From the IMG/VR virus record IMGVR_UViG_3300015263_000627: a DNA stretch of 64,000 nt; one strand, 5' to 3'. Below the pieces are notes generated by a model. That model did not search any database, was not told the origin of the DNA, and saw only the letters and a list, made by a program, of their open reading frames with translations. The first letter of the stretch is position 1. Each line of letters opens with the position of its first letter. Shown piece by piece: positions 43,993 through 54,064 of this stretch. Origin of the DNA: a virus. The position numbers and the translations under genes were made by a program.

Positions 43993-45753
43993 ATGCATCG
44001 ATTCGTAGAATTTTTGGTTGAAAGAGCCTATAAAAAAGGTCCGGATGAACCGACCTTGCCGATGAATCTTCCGCAAGTTCCTAATCCGAAGGCAAAAGCA
44101 TCCAATACGCTCAATAAAAAAGTGGGCGAAATGAATGCTCAAGAAAAAGAACGATATGCGGCTCGCCAAGAAAAGGGTCGCAAATGGATTGCATCCCACC
44201 CTATTTCCGCCAATAATGTCCTTCATACATTCGATACAGCCACAAAAGAGGAACGCCGCAAGGGCATGGGCTGGTATAAACATGCTTCCCAATTCAGTGG
44301 CATTGTAGCTCATGATACCCATCTTCCAAAAAGAACTGTGGCTGGCCTAGTGGGAAATTACAGTCCCCAAAGCGATTGGTTTACTAATATGATAAACGCA
44401 GCGCGAGTTGCCCGAGAAAAAAAGGGAATCGGTGGAAAAGATCAGGAATCATTCCAAGGTCGCAAGATCATGGCATCAACATCCCAAAAGAAAAACGCCG
44501 ATGCTATGCTTGCTGGAAAACACTACTATGATATTCTTCGTGGTTATAAAGTTAGAGATTTTACATCATTGGTGCATCATGGTAAAGACACAAATCCAAC
44601 AAGACCCAAACTGGCAGTTGACCGTCATGCTTATTCAGTCGAAGCCGGGGGACGTATTCCGGATGAAGCATTTGGACAGATTGGATTGCAAAGCCTAAAG
44701 AATTACCGGAAATATTCCGAACCTTATTTACAGGCAACATCAGAAATAAACAAGAGAGGAAAGCGCAAGGTCAATCCTTTCCAAGTCCAAGCTGTTACAT
44801 GGCTGGCTCGCCAACGTAAAAACACTGAACTAGATCGTCGGACAGCATTGCATAACATGGTCAAAAAAGGTGGTTCATGGTTGCCGGGATTGCAACCTAC
44901 CGCAAAAGACTTGCCAAAAGAAATGACTTGGGGTAAGAATAGAAGCGGAACCAAAGAAAGATGGAACGAATATATGAAAAAATATCATCCCAAGGCTTTA
45001 GGCTTGTTTGATGAATATCAATTCTCATCTTTTGCAGATTTCATTATTGAGAAATTTGTTCAACTACGTCCTTCAAAACACGGTGAACACGCTGTTGGAG
45101 CCGGGGGACGACGAAAAGAACATGAATTTGTAAAATCATTACAAACCGACAAAATTGTTGATCGAAGTTTTCATCCGGCTGGTTCATCAAATAAAGCAGA
45201 TGTTATGACTAGTCGTCATTACAATATGGAATATAAAGCTGATAAGGGAGCCAATGCCGGTCAGCTTGAATTGCAATATAACAAAAATCGGTGGGACCTA
45301 TCTCCCCGAACTGTCCGAGAACAACCTGCAACATCTAAATGGTTGCGTGGAACTGGATTTATTCGTCAAATTAATCGTCAATGGGGAAAGCCAAGCACTA
45401 GTTTGAGAAAAAATTATGCAATGGGAAATGTTTATAAAGAAATTCCGGGAACAAAAGGAATTGAAGCCCATTATGGACAAGATCGCAACACCCCCTATAT
45501 GCATATTGGCGGAAAAGGAACCTATCGTGTCGGTAAATCCGATCCGGACCTTTGGGGTGTTCCGCAGCTTTCGGGTAATACACAAATTCGAGCAAGATTT
45601 AAAAATCGGGGACATAAAGCAAAAGCCGGGGCATTGGTCAATATAAGCTTCAAAGGAAATATGAAACCTTCGAATTTAGACCTAGAAAATAAAAAATCCC
45701 GAAAACAATTCTCAATGCGTCGATTTGGGGTTGATTATCCATACGAGTCTTGA
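43993..45753 (+). CDS. Two-domain late protein: HhH-like (DUF7178-type) domain plus PD-(D/E)XK-like domain, each with a head-targeting-like motif
   Basis: MHRFVEFLVE; GMGWY...YSPQ..W..N...KV..F...VDRHA...VQAVTW; FSSFADFIIE; KADV...NMEYK. TAAATA promoter upstream. Confidence 0.6.
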   Translation: MHRFVEFLVERAYKKGPDEPTLPMNLPQVPNPKAKASNTLNKKVGEMNAQEKERYAARQEKGRKWIASHPISANNVLHTFDTATKEERRKGMGWYKHASQFSGIVAHDTHLPKRTVAGLVGNYSPQSDWFTNMINAARVAREKKGIGGKDQESFQGRKIMASTSQKKNADAMLAGKHYYDILRGYKVRDFTSLVHHGKDTNPTRPKLAVDRHAYSVEAGGRIPDEAFGQIGLQSLKNYRKYSEPYLQATSEINKRGKRKVNPFQVQAVTWLARQRKNTELDRRTALHNMVKKGGSWLPGLQPTAKDLPKEMTWGKNRSGTKERWNEYMKKYHPKALGLFDEYQFSSFADFIIEKFVQLRPSKHGEHAVGAGGRRKEHEFVKSLQTDKIVDRSFHPAGSSNKADVMTSRHYNMEYKADKGANAGQLELQYNKNRWDLSPRTVREQPATSKWLRGTGFIRQINRQWGKPSTSLRKNYAMGNVYKEIPGTKGIEAHYGQDRNTPYMHIGGKGTYRVGKSDPDLWGVPQLSGNTQIRARFKNRGHKAKAGALVNISFKGNMKPSNLDLENKKSRKQFSMRRFGVDYPYES

Positions 45754-45783
45754 CTTCATCCCTATATTATGATACTATAAAGC

Positions 45784-46644
45784 ATGAGTGGACATTATCC
45801 GTTTGAATTATTAAAAATGAAATTATCATCTCCTTTGAGATATCCCGGAGGAAAATCCAAAACCATTAAAAAGATGGTTCCATATTTTCCATCCAATTTT
45901 TCGGAATACCGCGAACCATTCCTTGGCGGTGGTTCCGTAGCTCTTTATATTACTCAAAAATATCATCCCACATATATATGGGTTAATGATTTATATGAAC
46001 CATTGATTAATTTCTGGACTCAATTGCAATGTAATGAGCCGGAATTAACTGATATTATAATAAGAGCCAAGTTTTCGGGTGCTAATATGCAGCCGCTTTT
46101 TGCTCTATGTAAAGCTATCATTCATGATGATGAAGTTGCCGATGTTCAAAGAGCCGCATGTTTTTATATAGTGAATCGATGCTCGTTTTCAGGTAGCACC
46201 GAATCAGGGGGTTTTTCCAAGGAAGCCGCCGAAGGGCGATTTACATTGCGGGGCATTCAAAAGCTTGCTGAATATTCCAAGCTGATTCAATCATGGAAAA
46301 TAACTAACCTGCCGTATGAAGAAACATTACTCAATGACAAATCCGCTTTTGTTTATTGCGATCCTCCCTATGAAATTAATCAGTCGCTTTATGGGAAGAA
46401 TGGAAATATGCAGCATGGGTTCGATCATGTGGAATTTGCCAAACGGATGGTAAAGACAAAAAACAAGGTCATGATATCCTATAATTCGGATGATTTTATA
46501 AAAGACCGGTTTATTAATTGGGAAGCCATTACCTTCGATCATTCCTATAGCATGGTATCCAAAGGCACCTATCGCAAGGATCAGAAAAAGCGGCGAGAAA
46601 TGCTATTATTGAACTATAAGCCATTGAAAATGTTTGATTCATAG
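45784..46644 (+). CDS. dam: Dam-family (D12 class) DNA adenine methyltransferase
   Basis: LRYPGGKS, EPFLGGGS, NRCSFSG and YCDPPY motifs. Confidence 0.92.
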   Translation: MSGHYPFELLKMKLSSPLRYPGGKSKTIKKMVPYFPSNFSEYREPFLGGGSVALYITQKYHPTYIWVNDLYEPLINFWTQLQCNEPELTDIIIRAKFSGANMQPLFALCKAIIHDDEVADVQRAACFYIVNRCSFSGSTESGGFSKEAAEGRFTLRGIQKLAEYSKLIQSWKITNLPYEETLLNDKSAFVYCDPPYEINQSLYGKNGNMQHGFDHVEFAKRMVKTKNKVMISYNSDDFIKDRFINWEAITFDHSYSMVSKGTYRKDQKKRREMLLLNYKPLKMFDS

Positions 46645-46682
46645 TCCTTGACTTTCCCTAATGGGTATGATATTATTATATC

Positions 46683-47597
46683 ATGACAAAATCGACAGGT
46701 TTAGAAATCCCCGCTGATTTATCAATTCCGGCATTCTTGAAACGCGGCAAGAATTATAAACGTCCGGAGAATAAAAAAGTAGTCACGGTTCATGAGGATA
46801 GAAATCCTATTGACCGTTTTGTTCCCATTGTTCTGCCGGATAAGAAAAAGAAAAGAAAGGTCACCGTCAAAAGACAGGTATCGGTCCAAGATCATATTCG
46901 CCAAAAAGGTAATTTTGTAATTGGCGAATTGGAAGGTATGATTGACGATGGTATTATAACCCCGGAATGGTCATTATATGACCATCTACGAAAAAAGGAA
47001 ATTTCTAACGTCATTGCCAAGCGAGTTGCCGAACATTTCGAACCAATTGCCAATGAAATATTAGAAGCAATTACCTTGGAAGATGATGAAGATTTGCAAT
47101 ATGCATATCGTCGTTATAGTCCCGAAGAATTGACCAATATGGGCATCATGTATCAGGGTTTGGTTGATGAAGCCAATCGCTATGCCGTGAACATGAAGAA
47201 GGTGCGTAAAATTCGTAAGCGCAAGCTTCCGTCAATGGAAAAGGTGTTGAAGAATTTCGTCTATGCCAAGACAGATAATACCTATAAGCTGGCATCTATC
47301 GATCCGTCTAAGATCATTGGCGCGGCGGCTTTGTGGGTATTTCATCCTAAGTCAAAGGTGTTGACTGTTTATCGCGCATTGGATCGGGGTGGTCTTGGTA
47401 TCAAGCGCACCACTATTACCAATGTGGACGAAAAGGAATCGGTGTCGAAGCGCATGGGTCGAAAAACACAAGAACGTCTGGATACCGTTCTGAATGGTGG
47501 TAAAATTACGTTGCGTAAGCTAATGGATACATTTATTGGGGAAAAGCTGAAACTTACCCGTATCACCAAGAACCATGTTCTATTGAGGGTGGAATAA
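46683..47597 (+). CDS. Conserved T4-like hypothetical protein
   Basis: LASIDPSKIIGA..LWVF..K...L..Y...GL.IK.TTI; own sigma70 promoter at 46649. Confidence 0.7.
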   Translation: MTKSTGLEIPADLSIPAFLKRGKNYKRPENKKVVTVHEDRNPIDRFVPIVLPDKKKKRKVTVKRQVSVQDHIRQKGNFVIGELEGMIDDGIITPEWSLYDHLRKKEISNVIAKRVAEHFEPIANEILEAITLEDDEDLQYAYRRYSPEELTNMGIMYQGLVDEANRYAVNMKKVRKIRKRKLPSMEKVLKNFVYAKTDNTYKLASIDPSKIIGAAALWVFHPKSKVLTVYRALDRGGLGIKRTTITNVDEKESVSKRMGRKTQERLDTVLNGGKITLRKLMDTFIGEKLKLTRITKNHVLLRVE

Positions 47598-48295
47598 TGA
47601 CCAAAAAGCTTGACGAACTATTGAAATTCGACGCTACGCTGGAAGCCGAAAAAATTACCGGCGTCGAATATAAACCGGGAAAAGGATTTGACAAGGAAAC
47701 CTTGGCAACAGCTATTGCTTTATTGCAGGATAACATTGCATCCCGAAATGAAATTCTAATGGATTTGAATGATACTCTTTTAGAGAATGAATTGAGTCGG
47801 TATCTCTTTATCATCGAGAAATATGGATTTGAAAAGGTTCTTGAGGAAGATTTCGGAACGAAGCATTTTATGTCGGATGAAACTACCTATGAAAAGTATT
47901 ACATTTATGTTCACAGAAAGAAAGGATTATTGCTTTCGTTTGATACCTATACATGGACGAAGAAACCCCCGCGCCTGAATGGCGGTAATGTTTATTATCA
48001 ATGGAAACCGTTTGTTGATAATTGGGCTGAATGTATCAGTTCCGGAGGATTTATCCGGGGTGATATTTGGTCAGGTCACCATGATTGCCGTGAGGCTTTA
48101 ATTCATAACCTGACTAAGCTGGATAACCGGGGAGAGTTTGTTGTTCCTTGGGTGGAACGTCCCGCCTTGTGGTTGATCAATTACGGCGATGAAGAAAAAA
48201 AAGACCCGAAATATGATCACAAAAAGCTTGTCAATGAACGTATTGCGCGGCTCCCGGAATGGGTGCAGACAATGATAGGACCGGAAAGGGAATAA
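47597..48295 (+). CDS. Hypothetical protein
   Basis: 232-aa ORF, coupled. Confidence 0.65.
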   Translation: MTKKLDELLKFDATLEAEKITGVEYKPGKGFDKETLATAIALLQDNIASRNEILMDLNDTLLENELSRYLFIIEKYGFEKVLEEDFGTKHFMSDETTYEKYYIYVHRKKGLLLSFDTYTWTKKPPRLNGGNVYYQWKPFVDNWAECISSGGFIRGDIWSGHHDCREALIHNLTKLDNRGEFVVPWVERPALWLINYGDEEKKDPKYDHKKLVNERIARLPEWVQTMIGPERE

Positions 48296-48463
48296 TATTG
48301 AAATGGACGAATTAGATTGTATTTTTCCGGATTGCCAAGTCAAGACCAAATATAGTAAGGCTTGTGAACATTCTTGTCCATACGAAGAAAAACAAAAACT
48401 TTGGCAAGCGCAACATGAACTTTATAAAGAAACAATGGAAACACCTTAAAATAGGAGTATATA

Positions 48464-49402
48464 ATGACTGAAAATGAAGTGAAACGACGCGGATTCAAAC
48501 GCAAGACAATTGAAAAGACAATTCGGGCTAAAATCAATTCGTGGATAAAGACCCTACCCGAAGAAATCCGGGATAAGGTCCGGGATGATTATATTGTAAC
48601 CGGGGGAGCTATTGCATCCATGCTAATGGGCGAGCTACCCAACGATTATGACGTGTATTTCCAGACCCCGGACGTTGCCTTGCTGGTTGCCAGCCATTAT
48701 GTAAGTCAATTGACGACTACCGATAAGGTCAGTAGGATTGAAGCTAAGATTGTGGACAACAATCGTGTATCCATCCTGATCAAAAGCGCAGGCATCTATG
48801 AAGATGGAGTGGATATTGACGATTATCGATATTTCGAGCAATTGTCACCAGAAGAAATGGAGAAATATTTTACCAAGGAACCGGAAGAAGGGGAAGAAAA
48901 GGTAAAGAAAGAGCCTTATCGTCCCGCTCTTATTTCCACCAATGCAATCTCTCTGCACAATGACGTGCAGTTAGTTACAAGGTTCATTGGCACCCCGGAA
49001 TGGATTCATACCAATTATGATTATGTTCATTGCACCAATTGGTTCACCAATAAAGGGGGATTAGTTCTAAGACAAGAGGCGCTTGAAGCAATTCTTACCA
49101 AAGAACTGAAATATGTTGGGTCTTTGTATCCGCTATGTTCCATGTTCCGCCTGAAAAAGTTTATCAAGCGCGGCTGGACAATTACAGCGGGAGAAATGTT
49201 GAAAATCGGATGGGATATCGCCCATCTTGATTTGGACAATCCAACTGTATTGCGTGAACAGCTAGTCGGGGTCGATGCGGCTTATTTCTTCCAATTGTTA
49301 TCAATGTTGAAGGGTAAAGAAAACATTGACCGCACTTACCTATTCGAATGTGTCAATCGAGTTTTTGATGCGGACGAGTTCAATTATGGAGATAGGGAAT
49401 AA
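48464..49402 (+). CDS. Pol-beta-like nucleotidyltransferase-fold protein
   Basis: VTGGAIAS...PNDYDVYF (GG-x-S, DxD) ...TNAISL...YDYVHC...RLKKF.KRGW. Confidence 0.6.
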   Translation: MTENEVKRRGFKRKTIEKTIRAKINSWIKTLPEEIRDKVRDDYIVTGGAIASMLMGELPNDYDVYFQTPDVALLVASHYVSQLTTTDKVSRIEAKIVDNNRVSILIKSAGIYEDGVDIDDYRYFEQLSPEEMEKYFTKEPEEGEEKVKKEPYRPALISTNAISLHNDVQLVTRFIGTPEWIHTNYDYVHCTNWFTNKGGLVLRQEALEAILTKELKYVGSLYPLCSMFRLKKFIKRGWTITAGEMLKIGWDIAHLDLDNPTVLREQLVGVDAAYFFQLLSMLKGKENIDRTYLFECVNRVFDADEFNYGDRE

Positions 49403-49680
49403 ATATGTTTGGATTTTGGTTGGCTTTGTTTCTTGCTGTAGTAGGATTATTTCAGGAACGAGTTCTTCATGTATCCTCAAACTATATGTATGTATTAGCC
49501 ATTATTACAGCTATTTCATTCAAGGATTAGGAACTATGATATACGGTTTAGTAGATATAGACGAAGCGATGAACCAACATCTTGGTCCCAAAACGGGTGA
49601 GTATGATATGGCAGGAGCCGTTCGACGTAAACCCAAGTTTTGGGAAAGGATTTATTATTTTTGGTTTGGAAAGTGGAGAA

Positions 49681-50232
49681 ATGGCTGAATACCCTCTAGC
49701 CGATAAGGCACAACAATTTGCAATTCAAGCGCATGGTGAACAAAAGCGCAAATATACAGGACATCCGTATGTTGTTCATACCCAAGCTGTAGCCAATACC
49801 TTGCGGGGTCTTGGTTATCGGGATGAAGTGGTTGCGGCTGCACACTTGCATGACGTATTGGAAGATACGCCGGTTAAGAAGCATGAAATCGAAAAGCATT
49901 TCGGTGCCGATGTTGCGCGTCTTGTCGATGAAGTTACGGATCGTCACCAAAAGGAATTGACCCGCACCCCCAAGGGAACATGGGTCGATAAAGAGGGCAA
50001 GATGGTCAATCGTGAAGCTCGCAAGGCTATGGATCGCGAACATCTTACCAAATCTTCTCCGGAAGGGGCGAGTATCAAGCTTGCTGACTTGTTGGATAAC
50101 CATAAGGATATCAATCAACACGATCCGGATTTTGCCAAGGTTTATAATAGTGAAGCAAAAATGACTTTGCCGTTGTTGAAGCATGGTCATACTGGCTTAT
50201 TCTTGAAATTGAAAAACAGATTGGGTAATTGA
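49681..50232 (+). CDS. HD-domain (p)ppGpp hydrolase-like protein (Mesh1/SpoT-HD type)
   Basis: AHGEQKRK..G.PY..H, LHDVLEDT, V.EVTD and IKLADLLDN motifs. Confidence 0.88.
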   Translation: MAEYPLADKAQQFAIQAHGEQKRKYTGHPYVVHTQAVANTLRGLGYRDEVVAAAHLHDVLEDTPVKKHEIEKHFGADVARLVDEVTDRHQKELTRTPKGTWVDKEGKMVNREARKAMDREHLTKSSPEGASIKLADLLDNHKDINQHDPDFAKVYNSEAKMTLPLLKHGHTGLFLKLKNRLGN

Positions 50233-50392
50233 TGATGTTGGTAATTGATGCGCCGTATTATTATGCCGCCATTATATTCAAAAATGGCAAAGTTATAAAA
50301 TATCCGGATATTTTGAAATGGACTAAGGGTAAAACAGCCGAAGAACTCATACCATATTTCAAAAGAAAAGGATTTAAGTTAACAGTTATGCC

Positions 50393-50926
50393 TTAAGAAA
50401 TTTTAATCTGATTTATAAGTTCTATTAATTCTTCATCTGAATGATTATTTTTAGCAAGATTAACACCATAGGCAACAAATTGGACATTTCCTTTTACATA
50501 ACCAATTTTAGAATTTTTTCGATCTAATGAAGCTGATAATAATGTAGAATGTTGATAGGTCTTTCGTAAATTAATTGGAATATTAGAAAGCGCACATAAA
50601 CCATTTTGTTTGTTCCATAAGGATTTTAAATATGCTTCATCAATGTTTGAGGTTCCATACTGTCTTTCTCTATCTCTGATTTTTTTAATATAATAATAAA
50701 AATTTACATCAAATTGGCGATTAGCCTTTCCATATGTATTTCCTTTAGATCGTTCACGTAACTTATTTCTTTGATCTTGAGACATATTTTTATTTTTATA
50801 TGTAGCGGTGCAAGATAATGAACAGAAAAAATAATTTCTACCATTTTTTATTTGACGATTATATTCATTGAATGGTTTATAAAAATCTTTTTTACATTCA
50901 GTACAATTTAGCTTGACTTCGGACAT
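50393..50926 (-). CDS. Homing endonuclease (HNH-like) next to the tmRNA
   Basis: C..C...FCS..C at the N-terminus; CALS...ASLDRKNSKIGYVKGNV...NLAK. Confidence 0.75.
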   Translation of the reverse strand: MSEVKLNCTECKKDFYKPFNEYNRQIKNGRNYFFCSLSCTATYKNKNMSQDQRNKLRERSKGNTYGKANRQFDVNFYYYIKKIRDRERQYGTSNIDEAYLKSLWNKQNGLCALSNIPINLRKTYQHSTLLSASLDRKNSKIGYVKGNVQFVAYGVNLAKNNHSDEELIELINQIKIS

Positions 50927-50946
50927 AATATCTCCTATACTAAATA

Positions 50947-51270
50947 GAGTTGCAGATGATGACTTCTGGATGAAATACTTGCGGAACAGGGGGTGCGACT
51001 CCCCCTCACCTCCACCATAAATCCATTAGCTCCATATTTATATATTTTGTGGATTTATGAAGGGGGTGCGTAGGATCGCCCGGGGTAAAGTAAAAAGGAA
51101 CGAGTTTGTCGGTAAGGTCTAAGCCGTAATAGAGACACAAAGTAAAGGACAACGATTATGTTGCTCCATTGTGGGATTTTGCATCCCTTCGTGAACCGGC
51201 GCTTGTCGCCTAATTAGCGGGGATAAATCCTACGGGGTTAGGGGGGAACCTGTCACAAAAATCCCCCCAT
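50947..51270 (+). ncRNA. ssrA: Circularly permuted two-piece tmRNA; tag (A)DNDYVAPLWDFASLREPALVA
   Basis: The acceptor piece ends AGGGGG-TGCGACT-CCCCCT-CACCTCC-A-CCA (51017). An intervening stem TAAATCCA/TGGATTTA follows. The coding piece starts GGGGGTG (51062, G3-U70)-CGTAGGATCG. Tag ORF 51148-51213. Confidence 0.88.
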
Positions 51271-51287
51271 TTATTATTGAGGAAATA

Positions 51288-51795
51288 ATGCCTGACGATC
51301 TAACAAAAAAAGAAAAATGGAATAATCTAGTTGTTGATCTTGCTCGACATCTTTGTGAAGAAAAAGGTGAACAATATCCTTCCGATGTAAAAATATTGAA
51401 CAAATATATAGAAAAAGCCGAACAATATTTGGAACAAAGAACTCTCAACAAATATTTTTGGGAAAATCTTTGTGGATGTATGAATGATGAAGGAAATCAG
51501 TAAACCTTTTATATCTCTATTTGCAACAATAGTATTTTTTGTTGGAGTTGTTCCATTCTTTACAATTGTCCTAATGAAAACAATGGTCGCGATTTTCCGC
51601 TCCGAACCAATACATTTTTATATAACACAATCGGAAATGGGAACTTGGGTATATTCTACTCTGATGGAAACAAGTAACTTTTATATGTCTCTTGGTTTTT
51701 CTGATTATGCCAAATATGTTCTTTTTCCCACCGTTATTATTATAGCATTATGGGCATACTATAAAGATAGAAAAGAAAAAAATGAACGTAAATAA
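51288..51795 (+). CDS. Two small ORFs (51288-51503; 51484-51795 membrane)
   Basis: ORF track; the second has two transmembrane segments. Confidence 0.5.
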
Positions 51796-52030
51796 AAAAA
51801 TAAAATTGCCCGGGGAAGAAGAAACAACATTTTTTGTTGATATCGAAAATCATATCAAATCGTCTAATATTAGTGTAATAGATGCTATCATTGAATGGTG
51901 TTCAAAACGAAACGTTGAAATTGAATATGTTGCTTCACTAGTTGCTAATAATGCCAGCTTGAAAGCAAGGCTACAAATCGAAGCCGAGCAATTAAACTTT
52001 CTCAAAAAGACAATTCGGATACCAATATGA
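51782..52030 (+). CDS. 33: Late transcription coactivator gp33
   Basis: IE......ISVIDAIIEWC...VEIE.VA.L....LK..LQIEAE.LNFLKK. Confidence 0.85.
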   Translation: MNVNKKIKLPGEEETTFFVDIENHIKSSNISVIDAIIEWCSKRNVEIEYVASLVANNASLKARLQIEAEQLNFLKKTIRIPI

Positions 52031-52227
52031 AACTAGAAGACCTAACCTTATACACCCTTACCGATGTTGCCATGTTTGTGCTGGCAACGACAATCGTTCT
52101 GGCTCCATGGATACCGTTTTTCGTCCAAACTTATTATTACAACAAAAAGTTAGAAAATAACGATAAAACGGACTAATTTTTGAAGATTTCTTCCCCAAAA
52201 TAAATATTGAATGGGGAGGGTTAAATT

Positions 52228-52710
52228 ATGGATATAACTCTATCAGGCAATCCGCTTCATACAACAAAAAAGGAAGTTGTTCAGTGTCTCAATTTTTGCG
52301 CTCAAGAATTGATGCATTACAATCTCATACCCAATTTATCAATTGATGTTAAGATTTATAAATTTCCCCCGGAATTGAAAGGTTATTGTGGATTTTGTGA
52401 TTATGAGTTCCCGGAATGGGGTAATCCTCGCGAATTTTCACTTGAAATAGAAAGAGGCATTTCTCGCCGCAATACCCTTCGAACAATCGCCCATGAAATG
52501 AAACACGTCGAACAATATGCAACCGGAAAATTGAAAGATTATGTAAAATATCCCGGAACTATTCGGTGGATGGGTAAAAAGATCAAGATCAATGAATATC
52601 GTTATATGTATGTGGACAAGGATGAAAAATATCAGTTTGAAATGGAAGCAATAAGAGCCGAAGAAAAATTATACCGAGCATATCTGGAATATCAAAGAAA
52701 GACAAAATGA
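52228..52710 (+). CDS. Zinc metallopeptidase-like protein (HExxH)
   Basis: TIAHEMKHVEQYATGKL...EMEA. Confidence 0.75.
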   Translation: MDITLSGNPLHTTKKEVVQCLNFCAQELMHYNLIPNLSIDVKIYKFPPELKGYCGFCDYEFPEWGNPREFSLEIERGISRRNTLRTIAHEMKHVEQYATGKLKDYVKYPGTIRWMGKKIKINEYRYMYVDKDEKYQFEMEAIRAEEKLYRAYLEYQRKTK

Positions 52711-53168
52711 ACCGAGTAGTATTTTTAGACATTGACGGACCAATCATCCCGTTCAGTATGTATTTGGTTAATCGTATGGCATCCCACCACCGGATCATCC
52801 CCAAAATTCCGATTGCGGTAGTAAATGAACTTTGCAAACGGGGAAATGCTAAAGTAGTATTCAATACCACGCACAATAATAATTGGGATGGGGTTCCCGA
52901 TATTGATGTAGCGTGTGTTCGCGCAGGATTGTCTCCTGAAAATATTCATCATGATACAAAAACTAGATACCCTCAGATCAGTCGGGATCAAGCAGTAATA
53001 GATTGGTTAAAAAAACATCCGGAAACTACTGATTGGGTCGCTTTTGATGATGCTAAATTTATCGAAGATGAAAGATTGGTTTGGGTTGACCCGGACGCTG
53101 GATTGCATCTTGGTCATTTGAACCAAGTTCTGGATCGTTGGAATATTCCACAATTTTTGGTGTTGTAA
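52707..53168 (+). CDS. HAD-family Swiss-Army-Knife RNA-repair-like phosphatase
   Basis: VFLDIDGP...WL..HP....WVAFDD. Confidence 0.72.
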   Translation: MNRVVFLDIDGPIIPFSMYLVNRMASHHRIIPKIPIAVVNELCKRGNAKVVFNTTHNNNWDGVPDIDVACVRAGLSPENIHHDTKTRYPQISRDQAVIDWLKKHPETTDWVAFDDAKFIEDERLVWVDPDAGLHLGHLNQVLDRWNIPQFLVL

Positions 53169-53747
53169 TGATTCGATTTCCAATATTACCTTTAGCACAA
53201 TATAATCCACCCCTTCGTCTTACCAAGTATGGAGAACAAGATGAAAATGGTGTAATTTATATTCCATCCAAGGTTAGAAAATATTGGACTTGGGTTTGTC
53301 CTATTACCGATAAAATGACAAGAGAAATAATCAATATAGGAGAATAAAATGCATTGGCAATTTATTATTGGAATAATTGTTGGTTTATCTATAGGTTTAC
53401 CATTTTTTACTTGGCTTTTTAATTGGCTTTTCAAGAATGGATTTATTCGTTTTTTACCTTGGTAAAATAAGAGGAAAATAATGTGTCTTAAATGTAAAGA
53501 TTACGCTGGTAAATGTCCATACTGTGGATCGCCCCGCCCAAAGCCAAAATAGGAGGAAAATAATGCGTTCAATAAGAAAAACACCCCCCGAAAGAAATAT
53601 TCGAGAACTTTATTATGATATCGCTGAAATTTATGATAGTGTGCAGGGTGATGATGTATGGGATGATGGGTTAGTTGCAGAACAAAGTAATCGTCTTTAT
53701 AAACGTCTCAACCAATTTTTCCTGAAAACTATTGATAAGAGTTTATA

Positions 53748-54008
53748 ATGCCCCGGGTATATAACGCTAATAAAGACTTTTATCCAGCCGAAGCTGTCTA
53801 TATCGGGCGACCATCAAAATGGGGCAATCCTTATATTATTGGAAAAGAGGGGGATCGCAAAACAGTTATTGACTTATACGAGAAATGGTTATATACTAGT
53901 GGAAGGATCAACGATATTGAAGAATTACGCGGCAAGGATTTGGTCTGCCATTGTGCGCCGCAAGCCTGCCATGGTGATGTTTTGATCAAACTGGCAAATA
54001 AAATATAA
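53748..54008 (+). CDS. DUF4326 protein
   Basis: YIGRPSKWGNPY...LRGKDLVCHCAPQACHGDVL. Confidence 0.88.
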   Translation: MPRVYNANKDFYPAEAVYIGRPSKWGNPYIIGKEGDRKTVIDLYEKWLYTSGRINDIEELRGKDLVCHCAPQACHGDVLIKLANKI

Positions 54009-54064
54009 TGTGTTATATATATTGGCTTAATTTACCCTATCATACTGACACAAAATTTACAAAA
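54008..54064 (+). pseudogene. Homing endonuclease N-terminal scar in frame with gp59
   Basis: MCYIYWLNLPYHTD matches the YVYWIH..HTD remnant at 33634. Confidence 0.55.
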
